The notes below the pieces were generated by a model. That model was not told where the DNA came from. It searched no databases and saw nothing but the letters and a program-made list of their open reading frames with translations. From positions 1 through 64,000 of the forward strand of contig QPGO01000215.1 of the NCBI GenBank assembly GCA_008632985.1: a stretch of 64,000 nt of DNA. Reading direction: 5' to 3'. Origin of the DNA: Psammoneis japonica. Lineage: Eukaryota. The position numbers were made by a program, and so were the translations under genes. Each line of letters starts with the position of its first letter. The stretch's first letter is position 1. Shown here piece by piece: positions 37,573 through 51,126 of this stretch.

Positions 37573-39095
37573 ACTTCAAATCCTTGAGAGGAACCCAGGA
37601 TGCAGTCCCATCCTTCCATTTGACTTGCAGGTCCCAGCCTGCAGTCGTCCTCCCAGGAGCAAGCCTGCCAGTCTTGGTCGTTGTGCACCCGTCATTGGCC
37701 GTTGCAGCACGTTGCAATGCACAGCTGCCAATGAGAGTTGATGCATCATGGCAACGTGCTGCAATTTAAATGTCACAAAGGTTGTGACAAAAACAACCTT
37801 TTGTCTGCATGCGTGCTGCATCATGAATTTTTGGCGGAGTGGTTCATTGCAACCATTGGGCAGGAGGCCAGGGGTTCGAAACCCTGAGTGGGAGTTGTCT
37901 GCAGCAACGTTGGTCACTGTCGAGTGTGCAAAACTCTGTGCAGTTCTTTGTGTTCCTTTGCGCACACCCACACTGTTCCGCCAAAACCGCGCAGTTTCAG
38001 TGCACGTCAGCAAAGAGCCGCGTGGACGCGTGACACATGGGGAGGAGTGCAGTGTGCAGCTGCTGACAAGAGCCAATGCATCACGGCGATGTGTTGCAAT
38101 TTAAATGTCACAAAGGTCATGATCTGGCGGGCATTCCCTTCAGAGTCGATCTGAGTGAATGGGTTCTCTGCAACTGTGTCAGCAGCATGGGAGTCGGTGG
38201 ATCCGTCAGGGAATTCCATGTCGCATGTCCTCAAGTCGTTCCCAGTGCCAACAGGAACCCCGTCACCATCTCACTTGTGCGCAATGACCCCATCATGAGT
38301 CAGCTCGCCTCCTCGTGGTGACATGACTTGAGCTGTGAGACATTCATCCAGCCCTTCCAGGGTGTGCTCATCAGCTTCCGGTTTGGAAGCGTCGGGTTCC
38401 ACAGGTTTAACGGCATCGTCCCATTTGTCCATGAAGTCGTCAGGGAGTTCAGGGAAGTCAGCACTGGCGCCCTTTTCCGTGATGCTGAGCCGTTTGATCA
38501 AAGCTTGATCGACCAATGCAAGATCCGTCTGGATCACCAGAGTTTTAAGGTCATCCTCTGGCGTGGCCCAGACATCCTTCCGAATGATGGGTTTGCCTGA
38601 TTCGGGCAAAACAATGATTGTCAGCTGCGCCAAGCCAATGGCCAGTGCACTTCTTTTTGTGTGGGAACTCCACCACAGGCACGCAGCAATGCACAGGTTG
38701 ACGCCAATCAAAGAGAGAGAGGGAAGAGATGTCGGGTGTTGAACCTGTCACCTCCTCTTCTGGGACTCATCCTCCCACATCTGACACACTGGCCGCAATC
38801 ATGCGTCGGATGTCACATGTCCATTTGGCGCTGTGGGGCCAAAGTCGTCTGTGAGCACCAGCCCGGCGCAGAGTCACATGGACTCTTTTCTTCAACTCAC
38901 AAATGGGTGCCTCGGCCAGGTTCTGCCAGGGGCTGCATGGGGTGGACACCTCCTGGTGCATCCTGCATTCCCTGCAGATCTCCTTGGTCTGGCCTTCCGC
39001 CATTTCCGGGGTGCCATCCGACACAAGGACCTGCGGTGCGCCAACGTCATGCACAAATGACATGACAGCATCTGGGTGGTCCTGTTTCCTCTTCC
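37573..39095 (-). pseudogene. Copia family B integrase-to-RT linker fragment
   Basis: SDGTPEM, PWQNLAE, EFPDG, GWDLQVKWKDGTASWVPLKDLK. Interrupted at ~37695-38118 by unrelated sequence containing a ~40-bp direct repeat. Confidence 0.8.
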
Positions 39096-41622
39096 AAGGA
39101 AAAAAACATGTCGTTTCAAGGAAAACAAATGTGTCTTTTCAAGGAAAACAAACATGTCATTTCAAGGAAACAAACATGTGGTTTCAAGGAAAACAAACAT
39201 GTCTTTTCAAGGAAACAAACATGTTGTTTCAAGGAAAATGAACACGTTGTTTCAAAGAAAACAAGCGCGCCATTTCAAGGAAAACAATCATGTTGTTTCA
39301 AGGAAAACAATTGTGTGTTTTCAAGGAAAACAAACATGTCATTTCAAGGAAAACAAACGCGCCATTTCAAGGAAAACAAACATGTTGTTTCAAGGAAAAC
39401 AAATGTGTCTTTTCAAGGAAAACAAACATGTTGTTTCAAGAAAACAAACATGTTGTTTCAAGGAAAACAAATGTGTCTTTTCAAGGAAACAAACATGTTG
39501 TTTCAAGGAAAACAAACGTGTCTTTTCAAGGAAAACAAACATGTGGTTTCAAGGAAAACAAACTTGTCGTTTCAAGGAAATCAAACATGTCTTTTCAATT
39601 GAAACAAACATGTCGTTTCAAGGAAAACAAACATGTTGTTTCAAAGAAAACAAACATGTCTTTTCAAGGAAAACAAACATGTCTTTTCAAGAAAACAAAC
39701 ATTTCGTTTCAAAGAAAACAAACATGTCTTTTTAATGAAAACAAACATGTCGTTTCAAGGAAAACAAACGTGTCATTTTAAGGAAAACAAACATGTGGTT
39801 TCAAGGGAAAAAAAACATGTCTTTTCAAGGAAAACAAACATGTCTTTTCAGAGAAAACAAACGTGTCATTTCAAAGAAAACAAACATGCCATTTCAAGGA
39901 AAACAATCATGTTGTTTCAAGGAAAACAAACATGTGGTTTCAAGGAAAACAAACATGTCGTTTCAAGGAAAACAAATGTGTCTTTTCAAGGAAAACAAAC
40001 ATGTCGTTTCAAGGAAAACAAACATGTTGTTTCAAGGAAAACAAGTGTGTCTTTTCAAGGAAAACAAACATGTCGTTTCAAGGAAAACAAACGTGTCGTT
40101 TCAAGGAAATCAAACATGTCTTTTCAATGAAAACAAACNNNNNNNNNNNNNNNNNNNNNNNNNNNNNNNNNNNNNNNNNNNNNNNNNNNNNNNNNNNNNN
40201 NNNNNNNNNNNNNNNNNNNNNNNNNNNNNNNNNNNNNNNNNNNNNNNNNNNNNNNNNNNNNNNNNNNNNNNNNNNNNNNNNNNNNNNNNNNNNNNNNNNN
40301 NNNNNNNNNNNNNNNNNNNNNNNNNNNNNNNNNNNNNNNNNNNNNNNNNNNNNNNNNNNNNNNNNNNNNNNNNNNNNNNNNNNNNNNNNNNNNNNNNNNN
40401 NNNNNNNNNNNNNNNNNNNNNNNNNNNNNNNNNNNNNNNNNNNNNNNNNNNNNNNNNNNNNNNNNNNNNNNNNNNNNNNNNNNNNNNNNNNNNNNNNNNN
40501 NNNNNNNNNNNNNNNNNNNNNNNNNNNNNNNNNNNNNNNNNNNNNNNNNNNNNNNNNNNNNNNNNNNNNNNNNNNNNNNNNNNNNNNNNNNNNNNNNNNN
40601 NNNNNNNNNNNNNNNNNNNNNNNNNNNNNNNNNNNNNNNNNNNNNNNNNNNNNNNNNNNNNNNNNNNNNNNNNNNNNNNNNNNNNNNNNNNNNNNNNNNN
40701 NNNNNNNNNNNNNNNNNNNNNNNNNNNNNNNNNNNNNNNNNNNNNNNNNNNNNNNNNNNNNNNNNNNNNNNNNNNNNNNNNNNNNNNNNNNNNTTTCAAG
40801 GAAAACAAACATGTCGTTTCAAGGAAAACAAACATGCCATTTCAAGGAAAACAAACATGTGTTTCAAGAAAACAAATGTGTCTTTTCAAGGAAAACAAAC
40901 ATGTGGTTTCAAGGAAAACAAACATGTGGTTTCAAGGAAAACAAACATGTCTTTTCAAGGAAAACAAACATGTCATTTCAAGGAAAACAANNNNNNNNNN
41001 NNNNNNNNNNNNNNNNNNNNNNNNNNNNNNNNNNNNNNNNNNNNNNNNNNNNNNNNNNNNNNNNNNNNNNNNNNNNNNNNNNNNNNNNNNNNNNNNNNNN
41101 NNNNNNNNNNNNNNNNNNNNNNNNNNNNNNNNNNNNNNNNNNNNNNNNNNNNNNNNNNNNNNNNNNNNNNNNNNNNNNNNNNNNNNNNNNNNNNNNNNNN
41201 NNNNNNNNNNNNNNNNNNNNNNNNNNNNNNNNNNNNNNNNNNNNNNNNNNNNNNNNNNNNNNNNNNNNNNNNNTTTCAAAGAAAACAAACATGTCTTTTC
41301 AATGAAAACAAACATGTCATTTTAAGGAAAACAAACATGTCATTTCAAGGAAAACAAACATGTGGTTTCAAGGAAAACAAACATGTTGTTTCAAGGAAAA
41401 CAAACATGTCTTTTTAAGGAAAACAAACATGTCATTTCAAGGAAAACAAACGTGTCATTTCAAGGAAAACAAACATGTGTTTTCAAGGAAAACAAACTTG
41501 TCGTTTCAAGGAAATCAAACATGTCTTTTCAATGAAAACAAACATGTGTTTTCAAGGAAAACAAACATGTGGTTTCAGGGAAAACAAGCGTGTCTTTTCA
41601 AGGAAACCAAACATGTCTTGAA
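39096..41622 (+). repeat. 23-bp satellite array with two assembly gaps
   Basis: Tandem monomers. N runs at 40139-40793 and 40991-41273. Confidence 0.93.
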
Positions 41623-42012
41623 GACGCATTCCAGGTCTGGGTGGGACCTCGCACTGCTGAACTGTGACATCGACAGTTTTTTGAATCTCGTTGCATGTCG
41701 TGCACGTAGATTTCTGTGCCATTTTTTTGATGTTTTGTGTCATTTTATGGCACACTCATTGAGCGATCCATCCAAAAACTTTTGACATTTTTTGTTGCAG
41801 CGCGATTCTACAATGTCTCAAGAATCGCGTGGGGCAGACGCATTTGCAAAAACGTCGAGTGGCAAGAGGCACAGTTGCACCACAAACTTGGCCGTTTGTT
41901 TGATGTTGAAGACAAATGCATCCACCAATTAAATTCTCGTGCTGCGGAGCTCGCACGTAGAATTCTGCGGGCCCAATGTCACACGGAGTCCCACCCAGGG
42001 CTGGAGCGCGTC
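41623..42012. mobile_element. MITE family 1, TSD TGAA (inverted duplicate of 34965-35354)
   Basis: TGAA|GACGCATTCCAGG ... CTGGAGCGCGTC|TGAA. Confidence 0.88.
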
Positions 42013-42078
42013 TGAAAACAAACATGTCTTTTCAAGGAAAACAAACATGTCGTTTCAAGGAAAACAAACATGTCGTTT

Positions 42079-45000
42079 TGAACAAATGCTGGTGTGCTGT
42101 CACAAACACAGGCAGTTTGTGTGCTGTTGGCGATTGGCTCACTGTTGCTTGATCAGTGGCCCCAATGGCGCAACATCTCACAATTCTAGAACCTGCTGAT
42201 GCTGCTCAACACTCTGTCTTGTCTTGCACCCAATTCTCAGCCATCATGGTGGCATTTGGTCACTTTGTCAGAGCCAGTGCGCTGTGATGTTCATCGCCTG
42301 GAACGGGCATTGCAAACGGTGTGACGGCATCATTGCGATCAATTGATTTTTGTGGCAAGTGCCATGTTGGTCCCATGGTTGCTCGTGCAATTGCTGAGTC
42401 CTTTGTGTGTGTCAACATTCATGGACATGAACAACATGCTCTTGGAGACCAGAGCTGTGATCCGTCAGACATGACGTCATCACACAAAATGTTTGATCAT
42501 GTGGATGGAACATGTCGGCTGAGACACGCAAACATTCGTGATGAAGACAACACAATGATTTGTGCGCTGTCTGTCATTTGACCACACACATCTCATCAAT
42601 CAAAGTGCATCATCAAATTGTTTGGACACTGCACATGTGGACGCATGTCTGTTGGACATTGTTGCTTGGGGGCAACACCGCCTGCTCATGGGTTCGCCAA
42701 GCAGAAACCGCCAAATCGGCACGAGAGCCATGCATTTTTCTCACTTTCCTCCACTCACACAAGTGGATGCTCGCGCATCGAAACGCAAACAACTGCTGAT
42801 GCGCCATGGCCGCTGCTGCGGCCTTTGCTGCCTGTCTTGCGCGTTGTGGGCACAGTGCACAGATGCGCACCCACATGGCCCGTCAAGGCTTCACTGCTGT
42901 CGAGGACCTGGAGCAGGTCCCTTTGACTGAAATTGCCAACATGACGAAGGGCACCATGAAAAGCGTGGGTGCTGCTGCCAGCCCTCAAGTCCGCTTTCCA
43001 CACCAGGCGAATCGAAAGCTCAAGGCACTGCACGCATGGATTGACTGCCGCAGAGCCCAGAACCAACAGCCGACTGCTGCTCTCTTCGCTGGCGACGTTG
43101 TTGGAACATGGGCGGCAAGTCTGATGGAACTGGAGCAATTCAAGTCCGCTGACTCGGACGACGAATTGGCTGCCAAAACGGCCGTGGAGCTCAAGAACCC
43201 ACACAGCTGGCCCACCTTCCAAGAGTTGCTGGAGACCGAACTGCGCCACCACCGCAGCACTGTCACCGGAGTTCCCCTCATCTGTCCAGCTGGGGAACAT
43301 GAGGAAGTCACCGCCGAGATGTTGGCTGCCACCTGCGCTGCCATTGATGAGGACCTCATTGCTGCCACCCGCCTTGCGGGCGCTCAGCATGTGCAGGACA
43401 GGCAACGACTGCATGATCTCCTGAAGAAGTCAGTGATGGGGGGGCCCGGATGGGCTTTTGTCAAACCTTCCAATCGCAGCCGCGATGGTCGCACTGCTTT
43501 CTTTGCACTTGAGAGGCAGGCGGAAGGATCAGCCGCCGCCACCACCCAAAAGAACCGTGCTCATGCACAGATTGCTGCCGCAAAGTGCACCGGATGGGGT
43601 CGATTTGCATTTGACCAGCACATTCAGCGTCATCAAAAGGCTCACAACGACTTGTCTGAGCTTGATGAACTGGTGGCCGAGACCAAGAAGGTCTCTGACT
43701 TTCTGAAGGGCATCTCCGACCAGAGTGCTCTTGACGGTCCCGAGTGAGAGCAAGTCCAAAAGCTCCGCGATGCCAAGAAGGCCAAAAAGAAATGCAAAGC
43801 TGCTGCTGTGTCCTTGGAAGCTGAGTCGGTCGATGCCAAAACTCTTGCTGTAAAGAAAGCGGCTGTTGCCGAGCCTGCTGCTCAACCTGCTGATGCACCG
43901 AAAGACTCCGACGAGCCTGATGAACCTGCCGCCAATGCAGGCACCCAGTTTGGATGCAGCGCACATGAGAAACCTCAGAATGAGGAATGAACAGTTGCGC
44001 CAGCACTGAAAGGCACAGAACCGAATGTCGCTAAACCTGCTGGCACTGTTTGTTTGTCTGGGTGATTCTCAAAGGATGTCCGTGCCTCTTTGTCATCTGC
44101 TGGAAATTCAGATGACGAAGCCACCACTGATTTAGACTCGCACGCTGACACGTGTGCTGTTGGGTCCAATTTTGTGATGTGCTCTGACATCGACAGAACT
44201 GTCGTGGTGCACCCCCACTCCGAAGAGCACGCACCAATGGAAAACACTCCTGTTTGCACGGCTGCTGCAGTGTGGGTTGATCCAACTGATGGACAACCGT
44301 GCTTGCTGCCAGTCCACGAGGCCATGTTTTTTGGGGACAAGATGACCAACACCCTTCTGTGCCCCAACCAACTGCGAGCAAATGGGCTGATTGTCCACGA
44401 CACCCCTTGCCAGTTTGATCCAACTGGCATGCACTCCACTGCTTTCCCTGACTTGAAGATCAGGGTGCCGCTGCGAACAAGAGGCGTTGCTTCTGTCTTT
44501 GATTCACACGAGCCAACAAATGAGGATCTGGAGAACCTCCCCCGGCTGGAACTCACATCACCCCCGAGATGGGAGCCTTCTGCTGATGCCATGGCGCAAA
44601 AGGAGGAAGCGCGCGCATGTGCCAGTGTGCGCCAAGGATCAGCAAAGTTGGGTGGATGGTCGACGACAATGAATGTGACCAGGTGTGTTGCTTCCATTCA
44701 TTCACACCAAATGTCCTGTCATGACGAGAGCGTCATTGTGGACACTGATGACAACAATTCATTGCATCACCGCATGGTTGCTCAGGTGAATGTCTCCCAC
44801 AACGACACCGAGGGAGACGGGCCACACAACCGGCATGACCTGGATGTCCACCTGGATTGTGCCGAGCGGAAACGGGTGCATGCACTGTCGACCTTGAGTC
44901 GCGCATCAACTGTCACGCCCAAGACACTCTCTAAAAGGTGGAACATTGGCCTGACGGCTGCTGAGAACACCATCAGAGTGATGACCCAGGCAGGGGTCCA

Positions 45001-45568
45001 CCATGTCTGCACACCATCCGAACGGAAAGTCCGGAAGAAAGCCCCTTGGCTCAAGTTCCCTGCTGTCAAGGGACGGCTCTACTCCGACCAGATGTTTTCA
45101 AAGGTCAAATCGACACATGGCAAGATGGGAGGAAGCGCACTTGCCAACGGAAGAGGGTGTGACAGGTTCCATCCTTGGAAGAGGAAGCAGGACCACCCAG
45201 ATGCCGTCATGTCATTTGTGCATGACGCTGGCACACCGCAGGTCCTTGTGTCGGATGGCGCGCCGGAAATGGTGGAAGGCCAGACCAAGGAGATCTGCAA
45301 GGAATGCAGGATGCACCAGGAGGTGTCCACTCCATGCAGCCCCTGGCAGAACCTGGCCGAGGCATCCATTCGTGAGTTGAAGAAAAGAGTCCGTGTGACT
45401 CTGCACTGGACTGGCGCTCACAGACGACTTTGGTCCCACAGCGCCAAATGGACATGTGACATCTGACGCATGGTTGCAACCAGTGTGTCAGACATGGGAG
45501 GACGAGTCCCAGAAGAGGAGGTGACAGGTTCAACACCCGACATCTCTTCCCTCTCTCTCTTTGATTGG
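42079..45568 (+). mobile_element. Copia family B, 5' half (LTR 42079-42262, PBS, gag ~42806-43990, pol 44090-45466), truncated by satellite
   Basis: TG...CA LTR, PBS CTTTGTCAGAGCCAG, GVPLIC gag motif, DSHADT, integrase D-D-E-like YSDQ / SDGA / NLAE. Confidence 0.88.
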
Positions 45569-45740
45569 TGAAAACAAACATGTCTTTTCAAGGAAAACAA
45601 ACATGTCGTTTCAAGGGGAAAAAAATGTCTTTTCAAGGAAAACAAACATGTCGTTTCAAGGAAAACAAACATGTGTTTTCAAGGAAAACAAACATGTCAT
45701 TTCAAGGAAAACAAACGTGTCTTTTCAAGGAAAACAAACA
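45569..45740 (+). repeat. 23-bp satellite array
   Basis: Tandem monomers. Confidence 0.9.
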
Positions 45741-46129
45741 CCCCACCTCAAACCAAGCAAAAGCAGGCATGGAGCAGCGCCGCCAAAACTTGCAGACAGG
45801 CTCAAGTCCCGCTCTGGCACTCAGCTCTCAGCTTGTGCTCCGCACAAAACCCTCAGACAATGCTTGGCTCCAATTGGCACCCAGAGGACTCAGTTGAAGA
45901 AACTCTGACACAAGAGCAACAGCTCTTTTCCTTTGATCTTGTTGACATGATCATGTGGAACCATGGAGATGCTGCCGTGCACGTCATCTCTGCTCAATGA
46001 CCTGTGTTCTCCCTGGCTGGACCTTTCTCACCAAACAGTTGCTCGCCACTGAACAGAGAGCAGCGCGGGTCACATTGTCAAATGTGGGCGCAGCTGAAAC
46101 ACAAATCAGCTCATCTTGTGTGGCCCGCA

Positions 46130-46602
46130 AGGCTTGAACAAAAAAAAAAACCAAACCCCAATTTTAAGTGCCATTGCGCCTTTGCCCAGCAACACCGGCG
46201 CCGGCCAACCCACACTTCCAGTGCACCCTGCGGAGGATGCGGCAGAAATGTGGTGCAACCGGCCGGCTTTGGCGCCCCCATTGGAGGGCACCCAACGGAG
46301 ACAGCTGCAAATGGCGCAAGTGCCGCTTTTTGCCAGTCGTTTGGCTTCTTTCAGGCTGTCTTTTAGTCTTGGATGGACCACAGAGATCCAGTTTTGGACC
46401 CTCGTTGTTGAAAATGACAGTTGTTGTTTGACCGAGTCCAGCAATGCGCCTCTGTCCTTCACCAAGCATTCTTGTCGTTTGTTGCATGTCGCTGTCAGTT
46501 TGGCTTCCGCCTTCCTCTGTTGAGATGATTTCCAAGAATCAACATCGTGCCCGTGAACCAACTTGTTGTGCTCTTCCCATTGTTCCCACCAGCACCTCTG
46601 CC
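46130..46602 (-). pseudogene. Probable LINE ORF C-terminal fragment
   Basis: WWEQWEEHNKLVHG resembles the W..RN..H motif that follows LINE zinc fingers. Confidence 0.5.
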
Positions 46603-48245
46603 ATGTTTGTTTTCCTTGAAACGACATGTTTGTTTTCCTTGAAACCACATGTTTGTTTTCCTTGAAAACACATGTTTGTTTTCCTTGAAACGACATGTTT
46701 GTTTTCATTGAAAAGACATGTTTGATTTCCTTGAAACGACATGTTTGTTTTCCTTGAAACCAAATGTTTGTTTTCCTTGAAAAGACACATTTGTTTTCCT
46801 GGAAACAACATGTTTGTTTTCCTTGAAATGGCATGTTTGTTTTCCTTGAAACGACGTGATTGTTTTCCTTGAAAACACACATTTGTTTTGCTTGAAACAA
46901 CATGATTGTTTTCCTTGAAATGGCACGTTTGTTTTCTTTGAAACAATGTGCTCATTTTCCTTGAAACGATGTTTGTTTTCCTTGAAACGACATGTTTGTT
47001 TTCCTTGAAAAGACACATTTGTTTTCCTTGAAACAACATGTTTGTTTTCCTTGAAATGGCATGTTTGTTTTCCTTGGCATGTTTGTTTTCTTTGAAACGA
47101 CGTGTTTATTTTCCTTGAAACAACATGTTTGTTTTCATTGAAAAGACATGTTTGATTTCCTTGAAACGACATGTTTGTTTTCCTTGAAACAACATGTTTG
47201 TTTTCCTTGAAAAGACACACTTGTTTTCCTTGAAACAACACGTTTGTTCTCCTTGAAACGACACGTTTGTTTTCCTTGAAAAGACACATTTGTTTTCCCT
47301 GAAACGACACTTTTGTTTTCCTTGAAATGACATGTTTGTTTTCCTTGAAACGACATGTTTGTCTTCCTTGAAACCACATGTTTGTTTTCCTTGAAATTGC
47401 ACGTTTGTTTTCCTTGAAACGACATGTTTGTTTTCATTGAAAAGACATGTTTGTTTTCCTTGAAATGGCATGTTTGTTTTCCTTGGCATGTTTGTTTTTT
47501 TGAAACGACGTGTTTATTTTCCTTGAAACGACATGTTTGTTTTCATTGAAAAGACATGTTTGATTTCCTTGAAACGACATGTTTGATTTCCTTGAAACGA
47601 CATGTTTGTTTTCCTTGAAAAATCACATTTGTTTTCCTTGAAACGACATGTTTGTTTTCCTTGAAAAGACATGTTTGTTTTCCTTGAAACGACATGTTTG
47701 TTTTCCTTGAAAAGACATGTTTGTTTTCCTTGAAAAGACATGTTTGTTTTCCTTGAAAAGACGTGTTTGTTTTCCTTGAAACGACACAGTTTTTCTTGAA
47801 ATGACACGTTTGTTTATTTTCCTTGAAACGACATGTTTGTTTTCATTGAAACGACATGTTTGTTTTCCTTGAAAAGACACATTTGTTTTCCTTGAAACAA
47901 CATGTTTGTTTTCCTTGAAATGGCACGTTTGTTTTCCTTGAAACGACATGTTTGTTTTCCTTGAAAACACACAATTGTTTTCCTTGAAACAACATGATTG
48001 TTTTCCTTGAAATGGCATGTTTGTTTTCTTTGAAACGACCTTTTTATTTTCCTTGAAACAACATGTTTGTTTTCCTTGAAAAGACATGTTTGTTTTCCTT
48101 GAAACCACATGTTTGTTTTCCTTGAAACCACATGTTTGTTTTCCTTGAAATGACGCGTTTGTTTTCCTTGAAACGACATGTTTGTTTTCATTTGTTTTCC
48201 TTGAATTGACATTTTTTTTGAAATGACACGTTTGTCTTTCTTAAA
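46603..48245 (-). repeat. 23-bp satellite array
   Basis: Tandem monomers. Confidence 0.97.
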
Positions 48246-48519
48246 ACAACATGAGTTTGCCTTGAACTCTGCACAAGAACGCACTGACGGAAGCAAACCA
48301 ACACGATTCCATGTGCAGGAGAACAGCATCTTCACCCCACAAGAAGCTCACGCCTGTCCCCAAGTTCAGTTGGATCCATGAGACTGCCATGTGCAGCAAT
48401 TTGTGGGGTTGATCCTCTCCCAGATGAAAATGTGTGACACCTCTGGAATGCTTGAGCAGCACCCGCAATTGAGCAACTCCTTTTTTGATGTCTGGCGGTC
48501 AAAACCTGCCACCGCCAAT

Positions 48520-51126
48520 CCAGCACCACCGGCAAAGAAGAGAAAGAAAAATGAGACTGTTGAGCCAATGAGCCTGAGGCCCTCAGGCAGTGTTGAAGAG
48601 AATGGGCACGCAGGCAGTGCATGGTGCGCTGAAACCAGAAGTGGAGAAGGTGGCTGGAAATGATCTCTTTTCACAGGTGAAGTTTCTCAGTCCATCAGAT
48701 TTGGCAAGCAATGGGAGCGTCTCAATGTTTGTCAAGAAACAGATTGCTGGTGGCAACATGGACACTTCAAATTGGTCAGGAACTTGGGAGGAATGGGCAA
48801 AAGAGGTGGCAAAAAGGCAAGTTGACAATCTCAGAAACACGGTGTGTTTGGCTGTTGGGGCAGAGGCAATGGCCCGCAAGTTGGGCAACCAATGTGTGTG
48901 ACTCGAGAGTTGCGCGCGTCTCGCAAGAAGATGATGGTGATGCTTTGTCTGTGCAGGCGTTGTCGCCAAGGAAGAGGGAAAGGAAAAAGAAAAGAAACTC
49001 AAGGCGGCAGTCAAGAGGAAAAAGCAAGGCAGGAAAAAGTCAAGCCATGACAAGAACGAAAAGAAAGACATCCCGATTGTGCCGACATGGGATCCGCTTG
49101 GCCCAGACACTGTCACTGGCAGCAAACGAAGGAACAAGCAGGCACGCAAGTGGTTCTGTGATCACACCCCTGTTTGCAAAAATTGACAAACCAAGGATTG
49201 TGCGGCAATGCAATCGTGGATTGGCACATGGCAACAAGGTGGAGGCAGAAATGGCGATGTGGGCACAGTGAAAAATGGCGCACATGATTCTCAACAAGTT
49301 GTCGCGACATTGGCACAGCAAACTTGCAACCAGAGGTTAGCCTGTCATTGTGCGACAACAATTTTTTGCAACATTTTGCAAAGAAGTTGCCACTCGGCTG
49401 GCTGTTGAGTCCCTTCTCCGCGCACACATTTGGGCGTGTGTTGTGCACAGCATCATCGCACAGCACTTGTCCAACTCTCCCTCTCATCGCAGGATGGGTT
49501 GTTGCCATGTGGTGCATCTGCACAGCAGACTTGCGCATTTGACCATGCACTCCCTCTGTCAGAGCATCTTTGCCAGTGAGTCGTAAACACAAACACAAAC
49601 ATGGGAACATGACCTAAAAGGACAAGCGAACAGACTGCCCCGTGTGAGTTTACGATTCTGCACGCGACCATCATTTTCAGTCGATCACAATCGCACCCAC
49701 ATTCGGCCGATGGTTGGGCAGACGTTGAGGCAACAACCAACTTCACACACGTGTGTCAACAACCAGCTGATGGCAGGACGGACTTGTTGAATTTTACATG
49801 ACGCCATGGCGGCTTTGAATGCAACACACGACACAAATCACCGTCCATTCAAAGATGTGTCGACGTCTGTCAATAGAGAATAATTCACATCACACGTCTG
49901 TGTGTTGCTGTGTTGTGAAAGTCATTCTACATCGCGAAAACAAGCGAAATGTTGTCACACGATGCATGCCTTATTCTCTTCTGACCCAACAAACCCCCCA
50001 CATGTCGGCTCTCCTCCCATGTCTCGATGCGGCCGTATGCAAGTTCATAAGATGCGACAAAGTCTTAATTGTTGGGCCTCTGTAAGGTCCTCTCATCAAG
50101 AAAGCATCGATTGTCGTTTCGTCATGGTGACACGCACTTTCTACAGGATTTCTACACCCTTTTTGCACCAGAAATTTACGATTTTCGTTTACGATTTTGG
50201 AGGTGGATCGTGTCCAAGGCCTGATTTGCGATTCACTTTCATGAATCGTAAATTCGAAAAGGGTCATTAGCGCAAAAAATGTGTTTGCGATCCACCGAAA
50301 ATGATGATTTTTTGTGAATCTCATTCGCATCGGAAGACGCACGGACACAGGTTTATGTTTGCGACTCACTGGCGAAGATGCTCTCAGGCAGGATGGGTTG
50401 GTGCCATGTGGCGCATCCGGCCAAGGGAGGAGTGGGTTCGAAGCCCAGCCGCCCACCCCGGATGGGGTTGGAAAGGGGCAGGCCGAGAAAGAAAAGGAGG
50501 CTTGGATTTGAGGCCGATTCAAGCCAGCGACCTCAGGAAGCGCAAAGACTCACAACCACTCAGAATGCTGCACACTGCCCTGGCGAGTGCAGGAGGTTCT
50601 CAACAACCCAAAAGGCAAAGAAGTTGCCACTCGGCTGGCTGTTGAGTCCCTTCTCCGCGCACACATTTGGGCATGTGTTGTGCGCAGCATCGTCACACAG
50701 CATTTGTCAAACTCTCCCTCTCGTCGCAGGATGGGTTGTCACCATGTGGCGCATCCACACGGAGGACTCACGAATTTGGCCATGCACTCCCCATGTTGGG
50801 CAGGATGGGCCAGCGCCATGTGGCGCATCCGGCCAAGGGAGGAGTGGGCTCGAAGCCCAGCCGCCCACCCTGGATGGGGTTGGAAAGGGGCGGGCTGAGA
50901 AAGAAAAGGAGGCTTGGATTTGAGGCCGATTCAAGCCAGCAACCTCAGGAAGCGCAAAGACTCACAACCACTCAGAACACTGCACACTGTCCTGGCGAGT
51001 GCAGGAGGTTCTCAACAACCCAAGAGGCAAAGAAGTTGCCACTCGGCCAGCTGTTGAGCCCCTTCTCCGCACACACATTCAGGCATGTGTTGTGCACAGC
51101 ATTGTCACACAGCATTTGTCCAACTG
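48520..51126 (+). repeat. Composite repeat A, interrupted by a Harbinger-like MITE
   Basis: Matches 2000-2860, followed by ~412-bp units. Confidence 0.85.
49562..50383. mobile_element. PIF/Harbinger-like non-autonomous element (822 bp, ~33-bp TIR, 3-bp TSD TCA)
   Basis: TCA|GAGCATCTTTGCCAGTGAGTCGTAAACACAAAC ... GTTTATGTTTGCGACTCACTGGCGAAGATGCTC|TCA. The empty site CTCTGTCAGGCAGG is present in other copies of the host repeat. Confidence 0.9.

Noticed and set aside
39793..41417. ORFs spanning N runs
   Set aside because: These are assembly gaps.
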